The translations under genes and the position numbers were made by a program. Positions 36,601-49,515 of a stretch of DNA of 64,000 nt are shown piece after piece (within the stretch, counting starts at the first letter, position 1; the number at the start of each line of letters is the position of its first letter). Location of the stretch: assembly GCA_001662655.1 (NCBI GenBank), contig KV460267.1; one strand, 5' to 3'. Below the pieces are notes generated by a model. That model made no database searches and was not told where the DNA came from. It worked only from the letters and a program-made list of their open reading frames with translations. The DNA is from Pseudogymnoascus verrucosus (lineage: Eukaryota).

Positions 36601-38140
36601 AATAGGAAGCTAAAACGCGTTAGTAAGTTTTACATTATCCTTTGCGAGAGGGTGTCGCAGTTGATGGGATTCTACCCTGGGCTACAGAGTCCACGAGCGA
36701 GCTAAGGATAAAGATCGGAAGGCCTACCGCAGCTGACAAGCCTCCGTGGGGAGCTCAGCTTAATCGGCTATCCCATAAGAGAGTATGAGCTGTTCCTGCT
36801 ACGTGCATATAATGAAGGCGAATGGTATCAGTAATTGTCGCCACTTGTTTGAATAAAGTCAGGATGATAACCTAATTAGATAATCGGATCTCAATAGCCG
36901 ATCTTCGCCTAACGGTGTCAACCTAAGGTGGCTAAAAATGGAGCACATACCAAAATCGATCTAGTACGGTCATTACGTCGCTGCCCTAGTTTGGATTCAC
37001 GGCAAAAACATTTCTGCTACCACTAGCGTCCAGAAACCACAGGTAACCTTTAATCCTACAGCGCTTATGGTATAACCTTGAAAATGTCAACTACTTCTGG
37101 CCGGAGACCAGGGGCAAGGGCTACCACCATGAGTAGCATGAAGTGCTGCGCTGCACTGCACTGCACTGCACTAAGAGCGATCCTTAGTAAGTGCGCCATC
37201 GTATCAGTATCACCCCACGTGGTGCTTCGACGCCTGGATTCATGGCCTGAGCATGTATCGCGACTTGTCACCTGTCCGCAATCACACTCCATTATAATTG
37301 CTTGACATTATGAAGGACTATGGAGGACTGTGAACGACGCTTCTAAGCTCAAATAAACTGCACATCACCTTCCATTTGCATCCTAGAATTAATCACCAGC
37401 TTTTAAAAGGGAGGTTAGTGTAAGACAAGACATAAGAAGGAGTAAGATGCCAATGAGGGGTAGGCTGAGTTGTGGAGCTTACCACCCACTGTATCCTAGA
37501 ATCTACTTCGTATAGGTGGCTCTCAGATAAATAAACCATAGGCCTTGCATATAAGCACAATAAAGATTGCCTAATAGCAGCAAGCCATTGCGTGAGGCCG
37601 ACATTCTTATTCGTCAAAATATAACCCGCCTAAATCAACCAACACTAGCAAGCAAGTACATAATATTACACATGGGACACCATACTACTCGTCCAAATCG
37701 TGGGTAGGGGGCGATTAAATTTGATGACTAACTGCGTGAAGACATGGATACAATATGACATGCCTTCGGCCGTCTTCTTCCCTAGTTCGGAGCCCTCTCG
37801 TGTATTGGAATGGCCAACCGACTTGGGCCTAATGTTGTTATGGTGGCGTGGGTTCTCGAATCGTGACCGTCGCAAATGCCAAACTTCGGTGCCATTTGTG
37901 GACCTTCTTCTGCCCACGAACCGCCATGCACGGGGATACAGTAAAGCTCCACTTTCACTTAAGACCGCAAACACCGTAAAGACCGTCGCAGGCAGGTGCC
38001 CGATGAGCATGTGCAACGAACAAGGTCAACTGCCATATATATCTACCTGCCGTTTCATCACTGTGTGTTGGATATTTCCCCTCAAATTGAACTTCTTTGT
38101 CTTTAACTTGACTTTCACTACCCCTGAATCTCCTCGCAGT

Positions 38141-39667
38141 ATGAAGCCGTACTCAAAACGTTTCTCGGTCGATGAAATCCCAGATCTCTCGGGAAAAGTC
38201 GTTATAATCACCGGGTTAGTATGATTTGATCCCCAAATTTGCAATTCCCTATAAGAGTCCTAGTGCTCTTTCAGCTAACATCTCATCTCCAGAGGTGCAT
38301 CAGGAATAGGGAAGGAAGCCGCCCTCCAATTGTTTCAACACAATGCCAAAGTCTACATCGCATCGCGATCTAAGACCAAATTTGATGAACTTGTAAAAGA
38401 AGCCCAGGACATTTTGGATGATGGAGGTGGCTCTAAGGTTTCGCTCAACCTCCAGTTCCTACAACTTGATTTGTCGGATATGAAGAGCTGCGTTATAGCA
38501 GCGAAGCAGTTTCTAGGGATGGAGAAGAGGCTTGATGTGCTCGTTGCTAACGCGGGACTTGCTGTTGTGGTAAGTTCTTTCTTGTCAATTGCCCGTCTAA
38601 AGATGATAGAGTCGCTTTGGGTGTAATTGAAAGTCTTAACACATCTCTTAATTTCAGCCATGCACGCTTTCGAAAGATGGGATTGAGATACAATTTGCGG
38701 TGAGTTTATCTATTTATATAAGTCAGCTAGCAAATCACTTACGGGAGTTGCAGACAAACGTAAGCCCAGTGACTATGTATTCGTTGTGGGCATCTCTGAA
38801 CATCTTCATACTAGCATCTAGGTCATTTTGTCTTCATCTATAATCTTCTGGTACGTCCTTCAAACTATCAGGTTAATTTTCAAATAACTCATTATATTGA
38901 ATCTGTAACTTAACTTATAGGATATTATTAAAAAGACATCAATTCGATTTGGGCAAGCCAGGATCGTGGTGGTATCCTCGCATGCACACGCTATGTATAA
39001 GCCTTCATCGTCTGATATTATCGATTTCAAAGATTTGAAAGTAGAAGGGGTTAAGGAGCTCAAAAGCTTTGGGGATGTTCAAAGCAGTTTGCAGAGGTTA
39101 GTTCTAATATCTTAGCCTGGCAGGGAGGCGACTAATACATTAAATAGATACGCGCGTTCTAAACTCGCAAACATACTCTATACACGTTCCCTGGCCACCC
39201 ATCTTCGGGAGTTAGGCTATTCCAATATATTTGTGAATTGTTTAAACCCAGGTATTACATCTTTTCAGCCTCATAACTTTCTTCCTTGTCTTCAAGTCTG
39301 AAAACGATCAATCTGACTCTCCTACAACGCGACAGGAACGGTTGGCACAGCTCCCTCCACCGACTCAGCCTCCCTCCCTCCATGGCTTTCGTTCGTAACT
39401 TCATCTATCGTTCGAATGACTAGCATTCCTCCGCTTACCGGCGCGCTTACAACTCTCGTTCTCGCTACAGACCTCGATATCGCTTCTAAAAATTTAAGTG
39501 GCAGGTACTTCGATGTAGGTCCACTGGCTGGAAAGTTCTGGTATGGATATAGCTGGGATGCTACGGAGTCTAAGCTTTCTGAAGCAGCGAAGAATGAAGA
39601 ATTGGCTGAACGACTCTGGGCTTGGAGCATGGAGATGATTACAAGTGAAGAAAGGGGGGGGCTGTAG
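38141..39667 (+). CDS. Short-chain dehydrogenase/reductase (retinol-dehydrogenase-like), multi-exon
   Basis: IPDLSGKVVIITG|GASGIG, LQLDLSD, RLDVLVANAG, ARIVVVSS, YARSKLAN catalytic YxxxK, LAERLWAWS. Confidence 0.9.
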
Positions 39668-39943
39668 CGGGCGTGACCAAATAGTCATGATAGATTTGAA
39701 CCCAATGCCAATGTTTTCTAGAATTCACGGTCTTATCGAGCCCCTATATCCCCGTCTTTAATTACCATTTTGAGGTTTCGCTTGAATTTCGACAGTAGAT
39801 AAGCCTTACAACTAAAAACCGCGTTTATAACTAAACTACTAAGATAATACTCTTACTAAAAGAGCAGCCTAGCATAGATAGTAGTATAGCCAAATAACAA
39901 GAAGGTGCTGTGCGTACCACTAGCCTAAAAGTTTATTTTACCC

Positions 39944-41230
39944 TCACCATCCAAAAGACTCCTTAATATACTCTACCCACCTCGTCCCACTCTTTAACGC
40001 TACATACACCGCGCCCCTTGCCTCATCTGCCATCCCAGCCGGACCACAACAAGCACTACAATGCGTCCGTCTTGACTCCCTGCCTCCTTAATCTCCTGAG
40101 TGACTTCCAGCACCTAGCCTATGACATCTGGTCTACCGTAATTAATACCCACCTCCACTACCAGATAATCCTTTACTTGCTGAACCGTATCAATCAAGTT
40201 CCCATCCACAAGACCATTCTTGCGATTCGAGGTAGCATAGAATGAGACTTCAATATCCCCTCGTTTCAACACCGGTGCTAACCCCCTCGCCGCCAAGTCA
40301 TGGAACATAGCCGCTTGCTTAGCAGCCCAGACAAGAGTGATGCTGTGCGTAACCATTGTGCCTTTTGCCAAATGAGCAATGTGCTCTTTGGGATACGGCA
40401 AAGCACCAGCAATGCCCGTTCCACCTGCGAGAAGAACGATATTCTCGAAGTGATGCAAGGGCGTGGTCTCACCGTAGGGACCTTCTAGGAGTATGCGAGT
40501 TTTGACCTGCCCGGAGGGGTGTTTGATGCACTCGTCACGGAGGCGTTTGGTTCATCCTGTGGATGGGCGGACGTAGAAGAGGAATTTGTAGCGGCCTTGA
40601 GGTTGTGGCTGGGCGGAATTAGTTAACACGGATTCACAGTTAGAGAAGGGACCTAATGATGCGCTTGCTAGTAAAACGTCGTCATAAGTAGTTGCTTTAG
40701 TCCTTGGCGAAGTTTTGGTATTTGAAATAATTGGTTCATCGTCTTCAATTTATCCTAGCCAGCTAGAGTGAAAGGATGATTCTCCCACCCTCTCTACTTT
40801 AGTGGTTGGTAAAGGTAGTAATGCTAATTTGGTTTCGGCTTGAGACTCTCCGAGCCCGGGATGACTTCGAGTCTAATCAAATCGGCCTCTTTGCTATATG
40901 TTGCTGTGGACATGGTTTGGAGGATATCTAGAGATCGATTAACATGGATATTACAGTATACTTGTCGGATGATCCTGGAAAGCCGGTCAAGTACCCATAT
41001 CGTTACCAAAGGCCATAAGTAACCATCGTAAGCTTTATCGAAAATCTTAGCATGGCTAGGAACAGTCAACATGGTGCATCTCATCAAGACAGTCTTCATA
41101 CTAAAACAAACCCACGATTGTGGCGATAGACAGGCAGATGTGGATAATAAGGAAGACCTCGTAGCACATGTGAGGTATGAATATCGAAGATAAAATCAGC
41201 AGGAGACTCATGATTATTGTGGCCTATCCT
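39944..41230 (-). pseudogene. Ferric/cupric reductase (FRE family), 5'-truncated and RIP-damaged
   Basis: YEVFLIIHI, WVLDRLSR, HYYLYQPLK*RGWENHPFTL, EGPYG, LLAGGTGI, CGPAGMADEAR, ESFGW* terminus. Stops at Gln/Trp codons; the N-terminal part is missing. Confidence 0.87.
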
Positions 41231-41379
41231 TTTATTAGCTTGGCTCCCTAGATCAATAAATTAGGATAAACTCGCCATGCTAACCATAAACCATTAGTCT
41301 TTAAGTAACCCAGCTTTAAATATTATTAGCACTGTAGTATTAAACGATGAATCGACAGTATAGTAAGGTGACATTTTTG

Positions 41380-41580
41380 TTTTGATCCTCTCGAAAACCG
41401 ACTTTGATCCCCTCGACGGACCCCTTTTTACACATAAGGCATAGCATGACATTTCCATTTCGATCCCCTCGAAATCCAATTTCGAGCCTCTCGACGGACC
41501 CCCTTTGCGCGTCTATAGGTAGCACGACCTTTTTTTTTATTTCGATCCTCTCGAAATCCAACTTCAATCCCCTCAAACAA
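41380..41580. repeat. Degenerate short repeats (TCGATCCYCTCGAAATCCAA / CTCGACGGACCCC) at the break point of the reductase
   Basis: ctcgacggacccc at ~41412 and ~41490; gatccYctcgaaa at ~41383, ~41462 and ~41544; AT-rich flanks. Confidence 0.5.
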
Positions 41581-41730
41581 CATTTTTCGCCTATTCAGAT
41601 AGTACTACATCCTATGAACAGTCGCGCGATAAATTTTTAACTTTAATGTTATCGAAACATACATTTAATGCTCTCGAGCAGAAAACGTAGGATAAACGCC
41701 TCAAATACAGCGCATGTAACACATTCCCCC

Positions 41731-42794
41731 CTAAGTTATAATTTCCACCTTCTCCCCCTTCTCCCCCTTCTCCTCCCCTACTACCCTCCCCTCCGCCTTC
41801 CCCTCTACATAAAACAACCGATCGACACGAACAGCCGCGTACATACACGAAACGGCAAGCTCGAAAACCGGCACAAACACGTAAAATGCAGGCTTGCTAT
41901 AATACCTGTACAAAATCAGCGAGTTCAACCCCCATCGCGAAAACATACCATGGCGCGGCGTTCGCAGGAAGATGCTGTAACATCGTCGCGGTTCTCATCC
42001 CCTGAAAATATTAGCCACGCCCAAACCCATCCCACGACAACTCACAAGCTCCCAACACAGCAACGTCGTGGCGACAACGATGACGGCCACCTTCGTGCTC
42101 GTTTTTCCCGTTCCCTCAACCTCTGCCGGGAGCAGCATTGTAATGGCGAGCACGAGGAACGGCGAAAAGGTAAAGGCGACGAAGAACGAAATGACAACTT
42201 TGAGGAGGATCCCCGTAACAACGCGGATATGCGGATTCGTCGTCTTAAACTGCAGCACCATGGCGACGAGGACTGATATGTTAGCTTCGCCAACGACCAC
42301 GGAGAGTACTCACCCATAGGAACGCAGCATATAATGATGACATATGGGAGCCGGCGCAAGGCAAATTCGAAGACGGGTTTCGAGTACAGCCGTGGATGAT
42401 ATTCACCGAGCAGCCTCGTTGCGAAGACGCGATTAATGCACCACTATCAAATTAGAACTGTCGACTCTCATTTTGACAAACTCACCAGCAAGATCACCCC
42501 GGCAGCAACCAGCGCGTTGGCGGCAATCGTCACATCTGGGTTGCTCGGCCTCGTCGCCCATACAATCCGCATGGTAAATGTTGCCACTCTCGACATGCTG
42601 AATCCAAAGCAAAGCGCGCTCGGCGTGAACTTCCTCCCTGCTCTTCGATTCTTCTGGAATATGGTCATGTGTGTGGCGCCGATGGCAAGGTAGCATGCGA
42701 TGATAACTGCGCTGATGGGAATATCAACCTGACGTGAAGGGATCCCGCCGAATATAGCAGGCGGGACGCCCATAGGGGCTGAAGAGGTGGACAT
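41731..42794 (-). CDS. DUF3112-like multi-pass membrane protein, 5 exons
   Basis: GGIPSRQVDIPISAV, HMTIFQKNRRAGRKF, FGFSMSRVATFTMRIVWA, AANALVAAGVILL. Spliced in frame through WCINRVFA..HP to WYYSKPAFYVF..VRVDRLFYV. Confidence 0.75.
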
Positions 42795-43228
42795 GTCGTC
42801 GTAGTGGCTTTAAATGGATCGGAGAGAATTCCTAGGCGTCTCGTCGCAGTGGTTGTAAATAATGGTAGACAAATCACAGGCGTCCGTCGCAGTCGTTGTA
42901 AATGATCGTGGAGAACTCAGGTCTGATGGCGCGGGCGTCGCGTCGCGGTGAATTATATAGAAATCAGGCCCGCGAGGTGGACATCCGTCCAAGTATATTA
43001 TAAACGAAACCAAGCCCGCGAAGTGGATATCAGTCTCGGTATATTATAAATAAAATCAGGCCTTTCAGTTCAGTCCCTAACGGACATCTAATCTCAGTAT
43101 GATAAACCAAGTTATAAGGCAAGGGCCGGACTTTACAGAACCTCCGTGATACTAGGCCCCACCGACAACCAATCACAAACGACCTCGGACACAACGGGCT
43201 ACATCTATTCTCCGTACATTATACTACA

Positions 43229-45196
43229 CTACTTTGCCAAGAACTTCTGGAAAGCCTCCTGCTGAATCGTGATATTCCCCACCGCCTTCAGCTTCTTCCT
43301 TCCCTCCTTCTGCTTCTCCAGCAGCTTCTTTCGCCGCGAAATATCGCTCGCGTGCAGCTTCGCCAGCACATCCTTCCGGAACGGCTTGATCGTCTCTCGC
43401 GCAACGATCCTCCTCCCCGCCATCGCCTGGATAATCACCTCGTACATCTGTCTATCGACATGCTCCTTGAACTTCTTGACCCACTGCCTGCCGACCCTAT
43501 CCACCTGCGACGTGTGAACCACCCGCGATACGGCATCAACTGGCACCTTGTTCACTAAAAGCTGCATCTTGACAATCTGACTCTTCCTCCACCCAGCATC
43601 CTCATAGTCGAGAGAGGCATACCCCCGCGTCGCCCCTTTCAACTTCCCAAAAAAGTCGTCAACAAGCTGCGCTAGCGGGACGAGATATTTCAGAATGACC
43701 TGCGTCGATGTAAAGAAGTTCAAGCTCTGCTGTATCCCCCGATTAACCTCGCAAAGCTCAATCACCTTGCCAAGGTACTCCTCGGGCATTGTAATGGTCG
43801 CCTCCACGTATGGTTCCTGCAGCTCCGCAACCTTTGAACTACCCTCGTCGCCATCAGGAAACAATGCGGGATTCTGGATGATCGTTTCCTTGCCGGTATT
43901 CCAGATAACCTTGAAAGGCACAGTCGGCGGAGTGATGATGAGACTCGCTCCGTGCTCTTGTCTCAATCGATCTTCAAACACAGAACAATGAAGTGTCCCC
44001 AAAAACCCAAGACGCCAGCCTGCGCCAAGTGCTTCAGACGACTCCTTTTGTAGCGTCACACTCCTGTCATTGAGGACGATCTGGTTGATACTGTCCTCGA
44101 GATGGCCATGCTCTCCTTGATCAACGGGAAATGCTGCCACAAAAACCATCGACTTTGGCTCTTCAAAACCCGGATACGGTTCCACAAGACGCTCAGAGCC
44201 GACTGTCGTAAACGTATCACCCACCTTGGCGTCCTTACTCTGCTTCATGCCCGGATTAAAGTAGATATACCCCACCTGGCCCGCGCGAAGTGACTTTTGC
44301 GGCGTCTCCAGCGGATGCATAATCCCAACCTCCCCAACAATATACTTGAGCCCAGTCGCAAACGAAACAACGTGATCTCCAGCCTTGATTGTGCCGTCAA
44401 ATATCCGGACGAGTAGAATAACACCCTTGTAGTTATCGTACCAAGAGTCAACAAGAAGCAGCCGCAGTGGCTTCAGGTGATCTCCAACAGGCGCCGGAAT
44501 CTGTTCGATGACCTTTGGTAGGATTTCCTCGACGTTAAGTCCAGTCTTGGCGGAGATGAGAACCGCATTCTCCGGCTTCAGTTCAAACGTGCTCTCGAGC
44601 TGCTCGAGTGCCCTGGGAGGGTCGGCAGAGGGCAGATCGATCTTGTTCACAACAGGGACAAGTGTCAGGCCTTGGGAAAAGGCGAGATAAAAGTTAGCGA
44701 CGGTCTGCGCCTGTACGCCCTGACTGGCATCCACAAGAAGCAGAGCCCCTCCACAACTCGCATATGACCTGGTGACCTCGGCGCGAAAGTCGACGTGGCC
44801 TGGCGTATCGACTAGATGAAGCATATAGTCCTCCCCCTTGTAATTATACAGCATGCTACATGTCTGCGCCTTGACAGTAATCCCCCTCTCCCTCTCGACG
44901 TCGAGCTTGTCTAGGATCTGCTTGTTGCCTCCCTTCTCGATCGTGCCGGTAAGCTCCAAGAGCCGGTCGCTGAGAGTGCTCTTTCCATGGTCGACATGTG
45001 CCACGATACAGAAATTTCGGAACCGTTCGAGGGGTATCGCATCGATTCGCCGTTCCAAGTCGGTCTTGGGTTTCGAGGGGGGAGCCGCCCACCGCGCTAT
45101 GGATGTCGTAAATGTGCGATTGAAGGCCAGGCAGGTGCCATCGCTACTAAGCGGTGAGCTAATGAGCCTGATGAAAGGGCGGAGACATCGCCGCAT
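43229..45196 (-). CDS. GUF1: Mitochondrial translation factor GUF1 (LepA/EF-4 GTPase)
   Basis: [67 protein letters not shown] 45196 starts a presequence-like leader. Confidence 0.97.
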   Translation of the reverse strand: MRRCLRPFIRLISSPLSSDGTCLAFNRTFTTSIARWAAPPSKPKTDLERRIDAIPLERFRNFCIVAHVDHGKSTLSDRLLELTGTIEKGGNKQILDKLDVERERGITVKAQTCSMLYNYKGEDYMLHLVDTPGHVDFRAEVTRSYASCGGALLLVDASQGVQAQTVANFYLAFSQGLTLVPVVNKIDLPSADPPRALEQLESTFELKPENAVLISAKTGLNVEEILPKVIEQIPAPVGDHLKPLRLLLVDSWYDNYKGVILLVRIFDGTIKAGDHVVSFATGLKYIVGEVGIMHPLETPQKSLRAGQVGYIYFNPGMKQSKDAKVGDTFTTVGSERLVEPYPGFEEPKSMVFVAAFPVDQGEHGHLEDSINQIVLNDRSVTLQKESSEALGAGWRLGFLGTLHCSVFEDRLRQEHGASLIITPPTVPFKVIWNTGKETIIQNPALFPDGDEGSSKVAELQEPYVEATITMPEEYLGKVIELCEVNRGIQQSLNFFTSTQVILKYLVPLAQLVDDFFGKLKGATRGYASLDYEDAGWRKSQIVKMQLLVNKVPVDAVSRVVHTSQVDRVGRQWVKKFKEHVDRQMYEVIIQAMAGRRIVARETIKPFRKDVLAKLHASDISRRKKLLEKQKEGRKKLKAVGNITIQQEAFQKFLAK

Positions 45197-45385
45197 TAAG
45201 GGCTGCTGGCGACGGGAATGTGCTTTTGTCGTGCTGGTCCCTTGGGCGGTCGTCTCAAATAATTCTCGACCCTGTCGCGCGGTAGTTATTCCGCGCCGGC
45301 CTGACGTTCCCGCGGCAACGATAAGATATACACCACTCTCCAACGTCAATCGCAAACCAAACGGAACATCAAGGAAACGGGTATC

Positions 45386-46148
45386 ATGTCTGAAGCAAAG
45401 GATAAATCCAAGGTGCACAAGCTCAAGCTGAAAGGTTCGTCGAGGCTGGTTGCCGAGTTTTTCCAATACTCGATCAACACAATCCTGTTTCAGAGAGGCG
45501 TTTACCCCGCCGAAGACTTCAGCGCGTAAATACCACCCCCCTCACCTGGATGGACACTGCTGACTCCTCACAGAGTCAAGAAATATGGCCTCAACATGCT
45601 GGTCTCCTCGGACGACCAAGTCAAAGCGTACATCAAGAAGATTATGTCACAGCTCGATAAATGGATGGTCGGAGGCAAGATCTCCAAGTTGGTTGTCGTG
45701 ATTACGAGCAAGGATACGGGCGAGCACATGGAGCGCTGGCAATTCGACGTCCAAATCTTCAACAAGAAGAAATCGTCGTCCTCCTCCAAGAAGGCAGCAG
45801 ACCAAGAGAACGCCGCGCCCGAGTAAGCATCACAGGCCGAAAACGGGATCAAAGCTAACTAGAGACAGAGGATCTGAGCCCGCAGCGGAAAAGACGGAGA
45901 AGGAGATTCAAGACGAGATACAGTCCATCTTCCGACAGATTACGGCCTCAGTTACCTTCCTACCGCAGCTGGAGGGCGACTGCACCTTCAACGTGCTTGT
46001 CTACGCAGACGCCGACTCCGAGGTGCCAATGGAATGGGGTGACAGCGACGCCAAGGAGATTAAGAATGCCGAGAAGGTGCAGTTGAGGAGCTTCAGCACG
46101 AGCAATCACAAGGTCGATACTCTGGTGAGCTACAGGCTCGCCGAGTGA
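45386..46148 (+). CDS. MAD2: Spindle assembly checkpoint HORMA protein Mad2, 3 exons
   Basis: [79 protein letters not shown]. Confidence 0.96.
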
Positions 46149-46587
46149 GTGGGAAAGATTTCGGTTGATTTGGAGGTTCGGAAGGATATATCAGGAGTAA
46201 GGCGTTCTAACAGGAAGGGCCAGGGTGTAAACTTGCTTGTACTACCTAGGTGAAGCATCATATGCTGTGTACCCGGGCATGAGGGTTGTGGTATCATACT
46301 ACGTTACAGGTGCAATATGACTGTGTGCCTCAATTGCAAACATAAATCATTTATTCTAGAAACTATTTTTTGCCTAACCCCGTCTAGATTGCCCCATGGC
46401 AACTCTCGCTGAGAAATGCATCGACTAACACCGAGCGCCCATGTTGAAGTATGCCACACCACGCTATCTACGCCCGTTAAAGTGCGTGACCAATATATAC
46501 AACGTTAGATTCCAAATGAACATGGAAACTATCTTGGATGATGGAAATTGTTGAAGGATTTGTTGAAAGATTATACCCCTGCGTACT

Positions 46588-49515
46588 CTAGAAGAGACCG
46601 TCAATCTCGCCAGTCTCCGTGTCGATATCGACGTTGATGTAACCCGGAGCTGTTGGCAGACCAGGGATCGTCTGGATATCGGCGGCGAGGGCATACAAGT
46701 ACCCAGCACCAACCGCCAGTCTGACATCGCGGATGGGAACGGTGAACCCGGTTGGGGCACCCTTCAGCTCGGGATCGTGGGACAGCGAGTACTGAGTCTT
46801 GGCAATGCAGATGGGCAGGTTCCCGAAGCCCTGCTTCGTGTATGTGTCAACCTTCTGCTGGGCGAGCTCGCTGAACTCGACCTTGTCGGCGCCGTACATC
46901 ATCTTGCAGATGGCCTCCATGCGCTCTTGGACAGTGCCCTCGGTATTGTACAAAAGCTTGAAGTCCTTCTCCTTCTCGGAAGCAGCAATGACACCCTTGG
47001 CAAGGTCAACGGCACCAGCTCCACCCTCAGCCCAGTGGTTGGCGGGGATGGCATCCTCGGCACCAGCAGAAATGGCCTCCTCGCGGATAACCTGGACCTC
47101 AGCCTCGGTATCGGTCTCGAATTTGTTGATGGCGACAACGACTGGGACACCGTATTGCTTTGCGTTCTCAATGTGCTTCTTGAGGTTGACGCAGCCCTTG
47201 CGCAGAATATCAACGTTCTCCTCAGTGTACACCCTGTCAAGGGCGCCACCTGGGGAGATTGGTGGTCCACCACCATGCACCTTCAGTGCGCGGACAGTGG
47301 CGACGATGACGACGACGTCGGGAACAAGGCCAGAAGATCTGCACTTGATGTTGAAGAAGCGCTCACCACCCATGGTGAAGTCAAAGCCAGCCTCGGTGAT
47401 GACGAAACCAGCCTTTGCGTTGTGGTCCTCGTCAGCCTCGGTACCTGCGAGCTTCAGGGCGAGCTTGTCAGCCAGGACGGACGAGGCGCCAATGGAGATG
47501 TTGGCGAATGGGCCGGCGTGGACAAAGACTGGAGTGCCCTCCAGAGTCTGCATGAGGTTGGGCTTGATGGCATCCTTCATCAGGGCAGCCAAGGCTCCAC
47601 CAGCACCGAGATCATCGGCGGTGACTGGCTCGCCGCTCCTCGACGTACCAATGACCATACGGCCGAGGCGCTCCCTCATATCAGCAAGACTGTTGCTGAG
47701 GGCAAGGATGGCCATACACTCCGAGGCCACGGAGATATCAAAGCCGGTCTCGCGGGTCTGGCCTCTCTCAGTCGCCGCAGTTCCGACAGTAATGCCTCTG
47801 AGATGTCTGTCGTTGACATCGAGAACACGTCTCCAGGTGATGGTGGCAGGGTCGATGTCCAGGCGAGCAAAGCGGGTGATCTCCTCTGGGGTAAGGTCAT
47901 CTGGGTTGGTCTTGTCGATGCCGAGCTTCTTGAGGCGACGGTGCCAGATGGGCTGGAACTCGCGCTTGCCCTTCTTCACGGGGACGAGACGCTTGTAGAG
48001 TCCACCATCCTTCTGGGTGTTCTCGTGGAACATTCTCGTCTCGATGGCAGCAGCCAACAAGTTGTTCGCGGCGGTAACGGCGTGGATGTCGCCAGTCAAG
48101 TGAAGGTTGAACTCGTCCATGGGGATGACCTGGGAGTAGCCACCGCCAGCGGCACCACCCTTGATACCAAAGGTTGGGCCCTGGGATGGTTGCCTGACGT
48201 TGGCAAAGGCGATGCGACCAAGGTGGGCACCGAGTGCTTGAGTTACACCCATGGTTGTGGTGGACTTGCCCTCACCGAGAGGTGTTGGCGTGATACCAGT
48301 AACGACAACGTAGCGACCATTGCGGCGATGCTCGAGGCGCTTCAGCAGCGACAGGTCAACCTTGGCCTTGTACGCTCCGTACGGCTCAAGCTCTCCACCG
48401 AGGACGCCGATCTCAGCCGCGACACGGGTGATCTGCTTGGGGTGCTGTGCCCGCGAGATGGCAATATCGGATGGGACTGGAGTGCGCAGCTTGAGGGGGA
48501 GCGGCAAGATGCGGCGAGCCCTCTCGCGCGCAAAGGAGGAAGTTGCCGCGTCGACGACGTTCTGCAGCAACATGGCAACGGTCATGGGACCGACTCCACC
48601 GGGGACTGGGGTGATGTGCGAGGCGACCTCGACGGCGGCACTGTAGTCAACATCTCCCACCAATCTCTGGCCTGACTTCTTGGTCTCATCGGGGATGAAG
48701 TTGGTACCGACGTCAATGACGATGGCACCTGGCTTGATCCACTCGCCTTTGACGAAGTGGGCCTTGCCAATGGCAGAGACAAGAACATCAGCCTCCTTGA
48801 CGTAGCTCTCAATGTTTTGGGTCGCGCTGTGGCAGACAGTGACGGTCGCATCGGCATCCTTGAGGAGGTAGCTGACTGGGCTGCCAACGATATCGCTGCG
48901 TCCGAGGACAACAGCCTTCTTTCCCTTGAGATCCACACCAGTCGACTCGAGCAGCTTCATGACACCCTTTGGCGTACACGGGGTGAAGAGTGGGACACCA
49001 CCACGCTTGGCCAGCTCGCCAATGTTGATTGCGCCGAAGCCATCGACGTCCTTCTCGTTGGCTACGGAGGAGGTGACAGAGTATTCAGAGATGTGCTTTG
49101 GGACTGGCAGCTGGACGAGGATACCGTGGACGGTCGGGTCGTTGTTCAGGACATCGATTTGGTCGATGAGCTCGCCCTCAGTGGTCGACTCAGGGAAGTG
49201 AATGAGTTCACAGCTGATGCCGGCCTGCAGATAGTCAGTATGGTGCTATTTTTCAGTCCTTGGCGGGGTCATACCTCTTCGGCAGCCTTCAGCTTCATCT
49301 TGACATAGGTGCTGGAGTCGGAGCGGTCGCCCACTGTTCACACCAAGGTCAGCTCAGATTCCCTTATCGCGCTAGATATGTCGTCACATACCTTGGATGA
49401 TCTTCAGCGAGGGGTGGAATCGCGGGTTGGTCTTGAGCTGCTCGTCAATCTGAGCGTGCAGCTTCTCACGGATCTCCTTGGCGATGGCATTGCCATCAAT
49501 CTTGATGCCAGCCAT
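46588..49515 (-). CDS. ADE3: C1-tetrahydrofolate synthase (trifunctional), with a possible upstream mitochondrial leader
   Basis: [88 protein letters not shown]. Two 5' introns. Confidence 0.95.

Noticed and set aside
45197..45466. 90-aa N-terminal extension of GUF1 in the ORF track
   Set aside because: Starts at a non-ATG codon and overlaps MAD2 exon 1; ATG 45196 gives a normal presequence.
46777..48675. 632-aa and 399-aa plus-strand ORFs
   Set aside because: Antisense shadows of the codon-biased C1-THF synthase gene, with no recognisable motifs.
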